From an uncultured Candidatus Saccharibacteria bacterium (GTDB lineage Bacteria; Patescibacteriota; Minisyncoccia; UBA6257), in contig CAZEMH010000003.1 of the NCBI GenBank assembly GCA_964513365.1, positions 1-39,167 of the forward strand: a DNA stretch of 39,167 bases, in the 5' to 3' direction. Positions 9,569 through 18,346 of this stretch are shown here, piece by piece (position 1 is the stretch's first letter; the number at the start of each line of letters is the position of its first letter). A model generated the notes under the pieces. That model made no database searches, was not told the origin of the DNA, and saw nothing but the letters and a program-made list of their open reading frames with translations. Made by a program: the position numbers and the translations under genes.

Positions 9569-10864
9569 TTATTTCTTTTGTTTTTTTAATCTCTTTTTTA
9601 CTTCGTTAATAATTTTTTCCAAAGGAATCAATTCCTGAATACCTGAGTTCATATCTTTTAAAATTATCATACCATCTAAAACCTCTTGTTGTCCAAGAAT
9701 GAGAACATAATTGACACCTAATTTATTTGCTGCTGATAATTGTGCTTTTATACTCTCTTTTCCCAAGCTTTCTCCAAAAAAAATATTTTCTTTGCGAAAT
9801 TGCTCTAAAAGTTTAAAAGATTCTCTTCTTGCCTGATCTCCTATCTGCACCAAATACACGCTTGGTTTTGGTTCAATAAGATTTTTGCCTTTTTCTATTA
9901 ATTCTTTTACCAACCTTTCAACACCGAATGCAACACCAACAGCTGGCTTATATGTTCCTCCTAAAATTTCTACTAACTTATCATATCTTCCTCCTCCAGC
10001 TAAAGCAATTTTATTTGATTCATCTCCAATAGAAAATTCAAAAACAGTTCTTGTGTAATAATCCAAGCCCCTAACTAATGTTTTGTCTAAGATATACGGA
10101 ATATTTAAATAATCCAATAACTCTAAAAGAGACTTAAAATGATCTCTGCATTCTGGACAAAGATAATCCAAAGCAGTTGGGGCTCCATTTTTTATAAGTG
10201 AGCATTTTTCAGACTTACAATCCAAAACTCTTAAAGGATTTTCTTTTATGCGCCTGCGGCAGTCAGCGCAAATCTGCTTGCTATACTTTCTGTAATATTT
10301 TTTTAATTCTTTGATATAAGCTGGGCGACAATTAGAACAGCCAATGCTATTAAGCGATAAACAAATATCTTTTTTCTTAAATCCTAAATTTTCTAAAAAA
10401 ATTCTTGATGTAATAATTATTTCTGCGTCAGCAGCATAAGATCCATCTCCGATCATCTCTGCTCCTAATTGATAAAACTGACGATAACGGCCAGCCTGTG
10501 GTTTTTCATGACGAAAGAAAGGACCAAAATAATAAAGCTTAACTGGTTGAGGCAAATTAAACATCCCTTTTTCTATATACGCTCTTACTACTGAAGCTGT
10601 TCCTTCTGGTCTAAGGGCTAATAATTCTTTGTTTTCTTTTGTTTTAAGAACATACATTTCTTTATTCACAATATCTGTCTTTTTGCCTACACCTTTAGTG
10701 AATAATTCAGCTTTTTCCAATATTGGTGTTTCAATTCTTTGAAAATTATAACGCCCAAAGATCTTTTTAGCATTAGACAAAATCCAATCATAATAAAGCC
10801 AATCTTTTGCCAAGATATCTTTCATTCCACGAATCGCTTGAAATGATTTTCTTCTAGAAGCCAT
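9569..10864 (-). CDS. hisS: Histidine--tRNA ligase
   Basis: Motifs seen are RGMKDIL, LRPEGTASVVRAY, FRHEKPQAGRYRQFYQ and GGGRYD, followed by a C-terminal anticodon-binding domain. Confidence 0.95.
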   Translation of the reverse strand: MASRRKSFQAIRGMKDILAKDWLYYDWILSNAKKIFGRYNFQRIETPILEKAELFTKGVGKKTDIVNKEMYVLKTKENKELLALRPEGTASVVRAYIEKGMFNLPQPVKLYYFGPFFRHEKPQAGRYRQFYQLGAEMIGDGSYAADAEIIITSRIFLENLGFKKKDICLSLNSIGCSNCRPAYIKELKKYYRKYSKQICADCRRRIKENPLRVLDCKSEKCSLIKNGAPTALDYLCPECRDHFKSLLELLDYLNIPYILDKTLVRGLDYYTRTVFEFSIGDESNKIALAGGGRYDKLVEILGGTYKPAVGVAFGVERLVKELIEKGKNLIEPKPSVYLVQIGDQARRESFKLLEQFRKENIFFGESLGKESIKAQLSAANKLGVNYVLILGQQEVLDGMIILKDMNSGIQELIPLEKIINEVKKRLKKQKK

Positions 10865-11384
10865 AAGCCATTATTCTTTGTGAGGGCCAAAGACGAAGCC
10901 AAACCCGACCAATTATTAATTCTTTATCTAATGGTCCCCAATTGCGTGAATCATAAGAAGCTAAACGATTATCACCTAAAACAAAAAATTCATTTTCCCC
11001 AAGAGTTAAATTAAGATTTCCTGAAGTATTTATCTCTTTTGGTAAAAAACTTTGATTTAAAGAAATTGGAGAACCAGAACTATCAAATATATTTATATTC
11101 CCATCTTCTATTTTTATTGATTCCAAAGGCAAACCAATGATTCTTTTGATATAATATTGACCTGGATGATTAGGGGCTTTAAAAACTATTACTTCATATC
11201 TTTCTGGCGTTCTAAAACGATAAGATAATTCGTCAATAATAAGATAATCTTGCGTATAGAAATTTGGCTCCATGCTGCTGCCATGAACTATAAAAGGTTG
11301 AATTAAAAAATATCTTATAGGAGCGACTATAAGAATAGCGATAAAAATCATTTCTATATTTTCCCAAAGAATTTTCTTCCACAT
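10854..11384 (-). CDS. lepB: Signal peptidase I
   Basis: Motifs seen are GSSMEPNF (catalytic Ser box), YIKRIIGLP (Lys box) and GDNRLASYDSRNWG. The track ORF begins at GTG 11414. I prefer ATG 11384 (MWKKILWEN...) because the GTG lies inside a promoter-like motif. Confidence 0.85.
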   Translation of the reverse strand: MWKKILWENIEMIFIAILIVAPIRYFLIQPFIVHGSSMEPNFYTQDYLIIDELSYRFRTPERYEVIVFKAPNHPGQYYIKRIIGLPLESIKIEDGNINIFDSSGSPISLNQSFLPKEINTSGNLNLTLGENEFFVLGDNRLASYDSRNWGPLDKELIIGRVWLRLWPSQRIMAYGF

Positions 11385-11404
11385 ATTAGTAAAAATTCTT
11401 AATG

Positions 11405-11433
11405 ATAATACCACAATTGAACCACCAAAGCAA
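11405..11433 (-). promoter_or_regulatory. Candidate sigma70-type promoter for the lepB-hisS operon
   Basis: On the minus strand: -35 TTGCTT (11428-11433), a 17-nt spacer, then -10 TATTAT (11405-11410), 20 nt upstream of ATG 11384. Confidence 0.3.
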
Positions 11434-11445
11434 ATATGTTAAATT
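11417..11445 (+). promoter_or_regulatory. Candidate sigma70-type promoter for lcp-pth (leader of 3 nt or less predicted)
   Basis: -35 TTGAAC (11417-11422), a 17-nt spacer ending in TGT, then -10 TAAATT (11440-11445). The ATG is at 11455 and no purine-rich SD lies between. Confidence 0.35.
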
Positions 11446-11454
11446 ATACAAAGC

Positions 11455-12465
11455 ATGATATTAACTAATAAAAAAATCATTCTAATTGGATTAATTATTA
11501 GTGGAATTTTTTTTCTGTTTTTTTTATTTTCCGGATTAAGTGATTCGAAAAAATACACTTTTTCTTATGATGATAGCCCTAATTCATTATCAAAAAAAGA
11601 AATTTTAAGATCAGAAAATTCACCAATTAATATACTCTTTTTGGGAATATCAGGTGAAGGATCACGCGGAGCTCTTCTTACAGATACTATTTTTGTTGTG
11701 AACATTATTCCTTCTAAGAAACAAATTACAATGATTTCTTTGCCGAGAGATTTATGGGTAAAAGTTCCAGATGGATCTACTGGAATTAAAATTAATTCTC
11801 TTTATGAATTAGAGAACAGAGGAAAGAAATTTTCTCAAGCAGATTCTTATAATTTAATAGAAAAAAAAATAGAAGACATAACTGGATTACCTATAGACCA
11901 TATTGTTATTCTTGATCTGGAAGGATTTAAAAAATTAATTGATGCTTTAGGAGGAATAGATATTTGGCTTGAAAAAGATGTTATAGATCCAAACTTAGTA
12001 AACCCTCATAATCCATCAGAAATTTTTCATCTTTCTGCAGGATGGCGCCATTTAGATGGAGCATTGATTATCAAATTTATTCGGACACGCTATGCACCTA
12101 ATGGTGATTTTTATAGAATAGAACATCAACAACAAATAATTGCAGCATTAAAAGATAAACTTATTAAATTAGCTGATATTTGGAATTTAATTAGTTGGTT
12201 AAAAATTTGGCAGTCTTTAAGCGGACACATTATCACTGATTTGGATTTTAATACAATATGGCAGATGCTCCCTGTAGTTAAAAATATTTCTTCTGGCCAA
12301 ATAAAATATCTTAGCATAACAAACAAACCTCCTGATGAACTATTAATGACTTCTACTATGTATGATAACTGGTCAGAAAAAGATATCTATATCTTAATAC
12401 CAAAAAAAGGATTTGAAAATTATGAAGAAATTAATAATTATATAAAAGAAAAAATTTATGAATAA
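11455..12465 (+). CDS. LytR-CpsA-Psr (LCP) family cell-envelope glycopolymer transferase
   Basis: It has an N-terminal TM anchor, LTDTIFVVNIIPSKKQITMISLPRDLWV, and IRTRYAPNGDFYRIEHQQQII, which are typical LCP core motifs. Confidence 0.85.
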   Translation: MILTNKKIILIGLIISGIFFLFFLFSGLSDSKKYTFSYDDSPNSLSKKEILRSENSPINILFLGISGEGSRGALLTDTIFVVNIIPSKKQITMISLPRDLWVKVPDGSTGIKINSLYELENRGKKFSQADSYNLIEKKIEDITGLPIDHIVILDLEGFKKLIDALGGIDIWLEKDVIDPNLVNPHNPSEIFHLSAGWRHLDGALIIKFIRTRYAPNGDFYRIEHQQQIIAALKDKLIKLADIWNLISWLKIWQSLSGHIITDLDFNTIWQMLPVVKNISSGQIKYLSITNKPPDELLMTSTMYDNWSEKDIYILIPKKGFENYEEINNYIKEKIYE

Positions 12466-13003
12466 AAATTTTCTTCTTGTTGGCCTAGGAAACCCTCACA
12501 AAAAATATGAAAAAAACCGACATAATATCGGACGTAATTTTGTTGTATTTTTAGCAAAAAAATGGAATAGTCCTGACTGGAAAAAGAATAAAAAATGCTT
12601 TGCTGAAATAAGCTATGCTGAAAAAGAAGGTAAAAAACTTATTTTAGCTAAACCATTGGTATTTATGAATAATTCCGGCAAAAGCATAAGCCAACTCAAA
12701 AAATTCTATAATGTACCATTAAAAAACATATTCATCGCGCAAGATGATGCAGATATAAATTTAGGGGATTTTAAAATAAGCTATGATCGAGGACCGGCAG
12801 GACACAATGGCATTAAGTCTATTATCAGCTATCTTAAATCAAAAGCATTTCATAGAATAAGAATAGGCATTAGGCCTTTTTCAAAAACAAGAAAAAAAGC
12901 TGAAGATTTTGTTTTAAAAAATTTTACGCTCAAAGAAAACAAAATCCTAGAAAGACTCTTCCCGATTATAGAGGAAGAAATAAATAATAAGACGAAAAAT
13001 TAA
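12458..13003 (+). CDS. pth: Peptidyl-tRNA hydrolase
   Basis: Motifs seen are LLVGLGNPHKKYEKNRHNIG and FMNNSGKSI...GHNGIKSI. Its ATG overlaps the lcp stop by 8 nt. Confidence 0.9.
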   Translation: MNKNFLLVGLGNPHKKYEKNRHNIGRNFVVFLAKKWNSPDWKKNKKCFAEISYAEKEGKKLILAKPLVFMNNSGKSISQLKKFYNVPLKNIFIAQDDADINLGDFKISYDRGPAGHNGIKSIISYLKSKAFHRIRIGIRPFSKTRKKAEDFVLKNFTLKENKILERLFPIIEEEINNKTKN

Positions 13004-13594
13004 AATACTTAGTATGCCCAATACTAAAGTACTAAAAGAAATATAGCTTAAAAGCAAAAAAAATTCTAAGTTTATAAGAATCAGAACAAAAAATGATGGC
13101 AAAAAATCTGATGGCAATGCGTTAATAGAAAAGAAATAAAAATAGGAAAAAATTATTAACCCTAAAGCATAAATTAAAAATGCAAACCAAAAAGGATAAT
13201 TAAGAAAGAAATAAAGGCCATAAGAAATAATTACCCAGAACAAAAAAAGATAATACAACAAAGGCTCCTGCGAGCTTTTTCTTTTTGGCAAAGGAAAAAA
13301 TATTTTTTTTCCAAAAAGATATAGAAATATTAAGATAAAACCAATTACCCATAAAGGCTTTGCATAAAGAACTAAAATATGAGCTTCTAAAAAAGCCAAA
13401 AAAAGAGAAACAAAATTAAACCAAGAAAGACCTAGAAATAGTTTCCATAGACCAATTATTAAAAAACATAAAAAGATAGATGGGAAAAAACTCAAGGAAA
13501 AAAAGATACTACTAATCAAACAAAAACTGTAAATCAAGAAGAAAAAAATCGTTCTAATTCCGACAAAAGAAAAAAAATCTTTTAATTTTTGCAT
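12947..13594 (-). CDS. Polytopic membrane protein of unknown function
   Basis: The 215-aa protein is very Phe/Leu/Ile-rich with about 6 hydrophobic segments. Its ATG overlaps the clpB 3' end by 13 nt, so it is probably co-transcribed. I recognise no family motif. Confidence 0.6.
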   Translation of the reverse strand: MQKLKDFFSFVGIRTIFFFLIYSFCLISSIFFSLSFFPSIFLCFLIIGLWKLFLGLSWFNFVSLFLAFLEAHILVLYAKPLWVIGFILIFLYLFGKKIFFPLPKRKSSQEPLLYYLFLFWVIISYGLYFFLNYPFWFAFLIYALGLIIFSYFYFFSINALPSDFLPSFFVLILINLEFFLLLSYISFSTLVLGILSILIFRLIIYFFLYNREESF

Positions 13595-16215
13595 AAATCC
13601 AGTCTATTTTTCTTTAAGGAGACGGTAACTTTGTTTCCTTCTTTTATTTGTCCATTAATAATTTTATCAGCTAAATGATCAAGAATTTCTTTTTCTATCA
13701 ATCTTTTTAATGGCCGCGCGCCATAATCAGCACTGTAACCATTTTTAGCTAAATATCTCTTTGCCTCCTTGTCCAGTTTCAAAGAAATCTTTTTATTTGC
13801 TAATCTGTGATTAACTATATGTATTTGCAAATCTACTATTTTTTCTATATCACGAATGCTTAATGGATTAAAGATAACGATTTCATCAATACGATTAAGA
13901 AACTCTGGGCGAAATTTTTCTCTTAATGCATCATGGATTTTAATCTTTAATTGCTCTTTTTGTTCTTCTACTTTATCCTTTTTATCCATAACAAATCCTA
14001 ATGAAGCCATTTCTTGTAAATATTCTCCTCCTAAATTAGAGGTCATAATAATAATTGTATTTTTAAAATTCACTACGCGGCCCTTGCCATCAGTAAGACG
14101 GCCATTATCTAATACCTGAAGAAGAATATTAAATACTTCTGGATGAGCTTTCTCTATCTCGTCAAATAAAATTAAACTGTAAGGACGATGTTTTATTGCT
14201 TCTGTTAATTGCCCTCCTTTTTCATAACCAACATATCCTGGAGGCGAACCAATTAAACGAGCTACACTATGTTTCTCCATATATTCAGACATGTCAATGC
14301 GAATCATTGCTTTTTCATCAGAAAACATAAATTCTGCCAAAGCTTTAGCAAGCTCTGTTTTTCCTACTCCAGTAGGCCCTAAAAACATAAAAGAACCAAT
14401 TGGCCTGTCTTCTTCAGATATCCCTGCACGAGCCCTTCTAATAGCTCTGCTTACTGCAAAAATAGCTTCTTTCTGACCTATAACTCTTTTACTCAGCTCT
14501 TTTTCCATTCTGACTAATTTCTTACTCTCTTCTTCCAACATTCTTGTCACCGGAATTCCGGTCCATCTGGAAACTACACGAGCAATATCTTCAGCTGTCA
14601 CTTCGTCTTTTAAAAATCTTTCTTCTTCGGAAATTTTTCTTAAAGACCTTTCATTGAATCGTAATGTTTTTTTTAATTGAGGAATTTTTCCATAAATTAT
14701 CTCCGCTACTTTATCTAATTGCCCGCTTCTTTCATGCTCCTGCGACTCTTTTTCCAATTGATCAATCTCTTTTTTAATATTACTCACTTCATTAAATATC
14801 TTCTTCTCCTTTTTCCACTCATTGTTTATTGCATTGTATTTCTTCTTTAATTTTCTTAATTCATTTTCAATTCTTTTCTTGTCTTGTGTTATTTTTTTAC
14901 CATCACGCTCTTGTTTTTTACTTGCTTCTTTTTGTAACTCCAAAGATCTTATCTTATTTCTTAATTCAGAAACAGATAAAGGAATACTCCCAATTTCCAA
15001 GCTTAAAGACGAAGCTGCTTCATCTATTAAATCTATGGCTTTATCGGGCAAAAAACGTGATGTGATATAGCGGCTAGACAATTGCACTGCTGTTACAATA
15101 GCTTCATCTGATATCTTCAACCCATGATGAGCTTCATATTTTGATTTTAATCCGCGTAAAATCTCAATTGTTTCTTCAATAGAAGATTCTTCAACTAATA
15201 CTGGCTGAAAACGCCTTTCTAAAGCTGGGTCTTTTTCAATATATTCACGATAATCTTTAAAAGTAGCTGCTCCAATGGCCCGTAATTCACCTCTGGAAAG
15301 GGCGGGTTTTAATAAATTAGAAGCATCAATAGCACCTTCAGCAGCTCCTGCCCCTACTAAAGTATGTATCTCATCAATGAAAATAATAACATCTCCGGCT
15401 TTTTTGATCTCCTTAAGAAGATTTTTTAATCGTTGTTCAAATTCTCCCCTAAATCGCGTTCCTGCTATTAATGATCCTAAATCTAAAGATATAATCTTTT
15501 TATTAATCAAACTTTCTGGAACATCAGAAGAAGCAATGCGCTGAGCTAATCCCTCAACAATAGCTGTTTTTCCAACACCTGCCTCACCAATTAATATTGG
15601 ATTGTTTTTTGTGCGGCGAGATAATATTTGCATAACTCTCCGCAATTCTTCTTCTCTTCCTATTACTGGGTCTAATTTATTCTCTTTTGCCAATTTGGTA
15701 AGGTCTTGAGTGTATTTTTCTATAGCACTGGCTCCAACTTCTTGAAATTCATCAGTAATTTTTTCATCCTTTGTATAACGATGAAGAGCTTCTAAAAATT
15801 TCTCTTCTTTAATATCAAATCTATTTAATATGTCTTGAGCAGAATTCTTGGTAGCAAGTATTCCATAAAATAGATATTCTGGAGAAATAAATTCATTTTT
15901 TTCTTCCATTGTTTTCTTAGCAGTAGCTTCTATAACCTGCAACATCTCTTGAGAAAGATACATTGGGCCAAATTCCTTGCCCACTGAAAAAATACGGGGC
16001 AATTTAATAATTTCTTCTAATGCCTCTTTCAAAAAATCTTTTAGATTAATTTTCAGTTCTTTTTCCAAAATATGTCTTAATCCAGAATCTTCTTCATCTA
16101 ATAAAACATACAAAAGATGGAGAGCGCGCATTTCTCCCTGACTTCTTTCCATAGCCATTTGTTGGGCTCTTTCAATGGCTGCCTGAGCTTTTGCTGTAAA
16201 TCTTCCTAAAGGCAT
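13582..16215 (-). CDS. clpB: Chaperone disaggregase ClpB (two AAA+ modules plus long M-domain coiled coil)
   Basis: D1 shows GEAGVGKT and IIFIDEIH; D2 shows GPTGVGKT and [10 protein letters not shown]. The pore loop is GYVGY and sensor 2 is GARPL. A long K/E-rich middle domain is present. The track starts at TTG 16221, but ATG 16215 ([11 protein letters not shown]) is the likely start. Confidence 0.95.
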   Translation of the reverse strand: MPLGRFTAKAQAAIERAQQMAMERSQGEMRALHLLYVLLDEEDSGLRHILEKELKINLKDFLKEALEEIIKLPRIFSVGKEFGPMYLSQEMLQVIEATAKKTMEEKNEFISPEYLFYGILATKNSAQDILNRFDIKEEKFLEALHRYTKDEKITDEFQEVGASAIEKYTQDLTKLAKENKLDPVIGREEELRRVMQILSRRTKNNPILIGEAGVGKTAIVEGLAQRIASSDVPESLINKKIISLDLGSLIAGTRFRGEFEQRLKNLLKEIKKAGDVIIFIDEIHTLVGAGAAEGAIDASNLLKPALSRGELRAIGAATFKDYREYIEKDPALERRFQPVLVEESSIEETIEILRGLKSKYEAHHGLKISDEAIVTAVQLSSRYITSRFLPDKAIDLIDEAASSLSLEIGSIPLSVSELRNKIRSLELQKEASKKQERDGKKITQDKKRIENELRKLKKKYNAINNEWKKEKKIFNEVSNIKKEIDQLEKESQEHERSGQLDKVAEIIYGKIPQLKKTLRFNERSLRKISEEERFLKDEVTAEDIARVVSRWTGIPVTRMLEEESKKLVRMEKELSKRVIGQKEAIFAVSRAIRRARAGISEEDRPIGSFMFLGPTGVGKTELAKALAEFMFSDEKAMIRIDMSEYMEKHSVARLIGSPPGYVGYEKGGQLTEAIKHRPYSLILFDEIEKAHPEVFNILLQVLDNGRLTDGKGRVVNFKNTIIIMTSNLGGEYLQEMASLGFVMDKKDKVEEQKEQLKIKIHDALREKFRPEFLNRIDEIVIFNPLSIRDIEKIVDLQIHIVNHRLANKKISLKLDKEAKRYLAKNGYSADYGARPLKRLIEKEILDHLADKIINGQIKEGNKVTVSLKKNRLDLCKN

Positions 16216-16254
16216 ATACAAAAATTAAATATTAAAAATCAAAGTTATTAAATT

Positions 16255-17466
16255 TTAATCTGGATATTTTCCTAAAATTACTTCTATATCAAAAGTCTTA
16301 TCTTCACGCAGGACTTTTAATGTGACAACATCTCCTACATCATACTGACGAATTATACTAGCCAATTGATGCCTCAAATCTATTTTTTGACCGTCAAATT
16401 CTAAGATAATATCTCCTTCTTGTAAATTGGCTTCTTCGGCAGGAGAATTTTTCTCTATAGCAGGCTGACCATCTCCTCCTTTTACTAATAAAGCCCCATA
16501 ATCAACTGACAAACTTTTTTCTTCTTTGATAGATGGAGTAACTAAAACATATCTTACTCCTAGATAAGGAATTTCAATTTTCCCTGTTTTTATTGCTTGT
16601 TCTATAGATTTTTTGATTTTATTAACGGGAATGGCAAAACCAATATTCTGGGCACCTGAAACCATTGCTGTATTTACCCCTATTACTTCACCATTAAGAT
16701 TCAACAATGGCCCGCCGGAATTTCCTCTGTTGATAGCAGCATCTGTTTGAATAACATCATTTAAAACAACCTGTTTTCCTGAACTATCCATTACTTGAAT
16801 GGAACGAGCTAAACCAGAAATTACTCCTTTAGAAACTGTATTACGAAATTCTCCCAATGCATTTCCAATTGCAATGACTGTTTGACCTAAAACAATATCA
16901 TCAGAATTTCCTAAAGTCAAAGGATAAAGCCCTGTCTTATCAATCTTTAAAAGCGCAAAATCCTCTACTGCATCGCGAGCAATAATTTCAGCAGGATATT
17001 TTTTCCCATCATTCATCAAAACTGTATAACGAGCTTCTGAATCTTCAACCACGTGACGATTGGTAATAATATAACCATTGGAATCAACTATAAATCCGGT
17101 ACCGGCACTAACTTCTTTAGGCTCAGTCCCTTTTTGTCTGTACTGTGGAATTTTAAATTGAAAACCAAAAGGACCGAAATCATGAAACTCTTCAAAGGGA
17201 TCAATAAAATACTGTTCCATTACTGGCAAATCTTTGGTTGCTATCACACTTACTACTGAATCATCACTTTTTTTTATTGCTTGAGTCACTCTGATTTCAT
17301 AAGAATCTTTTCCAACAAAAACCTGCGATCCAGAAGAAATATTTTGAGCAGATTCTTTTACAAGATATCGAGAAGAAAAAACACCACCAAGAAAACCAAA
17401 AGCAAAAGATCCAGACAAGCTGATAACAAGAAAAACTATTAAGATTTTGCGTATTTGTTTTTCCAT
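16255..17466 (-). CDS. htrA: HtrA/DegP-family serine protease with one PDZ domain
   Basis: It has an N-terminal TM anchor, TNRHVV (His), GNSGGPLLN (Ser) and a C-terminal PDZ domain (LQEGDIILEFDGQKI). Confidence 0.9.
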   Translation of the reverse strand: MEKQIRKILIVFLVISLSGSFAFGFLGGVFSSRYLVKESAQNISSGSQVFVGKDSYEIRVTQAIKKSDDSVVSVIATKDLPVMEQYFIDPFEEFHDFGPFGFQFKIPQYRQKGTEPKEVSAGTGFIVDSNGYIITNRHVVEDSEARYTVLMNDGKKYPAEIIARDAVEDFALLKIDKTGLYPLTLGNSDDIVLGQTVIAIGNALGEFRNTVSKGVISGLARSIQVMDSSGKQVVLNDVIQTDAAINRGNSGGPLLNLNGEVIGVNTAMVSGAQNIGFAIPVNKIKKSIEQAIKTGKIEIPYLGVRYVLVTPSIKEEKSLSVDYGALLVKGGDGQPAIEKNSPAEEANLQEGDIILEFDGQKIDLRHQLASIIRQYDVGDVVTLKVLREDKTFDIEVILGKYPD

Positions 17467-17534
17467 AATGTATATATTAAAATAGTTAAATTTATCTAAA
17501 CTTTAAAAGATAAAGTTTAAAATGAGCAAATTAA

Positions 17535-17563
17535 ATTATAATAAAATTTTTATTATGGTTCAA
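17535..17563 (-). promoter_or_regulatory. Candidate promoter P2 for htrA-clpB, with a palindromic spacer
   Basis: On the minus strand: -35 TTGAAC (17558-17563), a 17-nt spacer, then -10 TATAAT (17535-17540). The spacer and -10 are covered by the perfect 19-nt palindrome ATAATAAAATTTTTATTAT (17538-17556). Confidence 0.4.
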
Positions 17564-17573
17564 GAATGTTTCA

Positions 17574-17602
17574 ATTATAGCAATGAACAATAATTTCTTC
17601 AA
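17574..17602 (-). promoter_or_regulatory. Candidate promoter P1 for htrA-clpB (extended -10)
   Basis: On the minus strand: -35 TTGAAG (17597-17602), a 17-nt spacer ending in TGC, then -10 TATAAT (17574-17579). The predicted 5' UTR is about 100 nt. Confidence 0.45.
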
Positions 17603-17655
17603 CTCAAATATTATGCGCGCTTAGCACTAAACATATAAAACATAAGTTAATTTTC

Positions 17656-18345
17656 TTATTTCCCAAAACGTCGTCCTCGTTTCTGAAATTCTTTAATAGC
17701 CAAATCAAATTGTTTTTTAGTAAAATCAGGCCAACAGATTTTCGGAAAATATAATTCTGCATAAGTTCCTTGAAAAGGTAAAAAATTAGATAAACGCATT
17801 TCTCCGGAAGTTCTAATGATGAAATCTGTATCTGGCAATCCTTTTGTATCTAAATAATCTAACAGAACTTTTTCGTTTATGTTCTCGGGACGTATCTTTT
17901 TTTGTATAATCTTTTTTATCGCTCTTACCATCTCATCTCTTCCACCATAATTAAGAGCAATGTTCAAAATCATTTTTTTATTATCTTTAGTCAATCTTTG
18001 TGCTTCTTTTATTTCCTTTTGAAGATTTTTTGGCAATTCTTCTAATCCTCCAATATGACGAAACTGAATTCCTTTTTTTTTAAAATCATGAGCATATTTT
18101 CTGGCAAATTTGGTAAATAAATCCATTAAATAATCCACTTCTTTCTTCGGCCTTTTCCAATTCTCTGTAGAAAAACCATACAAAGTTAAAACTTTAATTC
18201 CTTTTTCAGCAGCATAATCAATAATCTCCACTACTCTTTCAATCCCTCTTTTATGGCCTAAAAAAGTAGGAAGTTTTTTCCCCTTGGCCCAACGGCGATT
18301 ACCATCTATCATAATGCCAATATGCTTTGGTAAAATTTGTTTCAT
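17656..18345 (-). CDS. uppS: Undecaprenyl-diphosphate synthase (cis-prenyltransferase)
   Basis: Motifs seen are IGIMIDGNRRWA, LYGFSTENWKRP and IRTSGEMRLSNFL. Its ATG lies 1 nt after the rpoC stop. Confidence 0.95.
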   Translation of the reverse strand: MKQILPKHIGIMIDGNRRWAKGKKLPTFLGHKRGIERVVEIIDYAAEKGIKVLTLYGFSTENWKRPKKEVDYLMDLFTKFARKYAHDFKKKGIQFRHIGGLEELPKNLQKEIKEAQRLTKDNKKMILNIALNYGGRDEMVRAIKKIIQKKIRPENINEKVLLDYLDTKGLPDTDFIIRTSGEMRLSNFLPFQGTYAELYFPKICWPDFTKKQFDLAIKEFQKRGRRFGK

Positions 18346-18346
18346 A

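Noticed and set aside
10129-10339. Cys-rich insertion in HisRS (CSNC...CADC...C...C...CPEC) considered as a possible novel zinc module
   Set aside because: The same Cys pattern in the insertion domain is common in many bacterial HisRS sequences, so it is not unusual.
17621-17628. TTAGCACT, identical to one half-site of the HrcA CIRCE operator (TTAGCACTC-N9-GAGTGCTAA)
   Set aside because: No matching inverted half-site occurs 9 nt away on either side. The motif also lies upstream of the -35 of P1, so a single 8-mer is not evidence for CIRCE.
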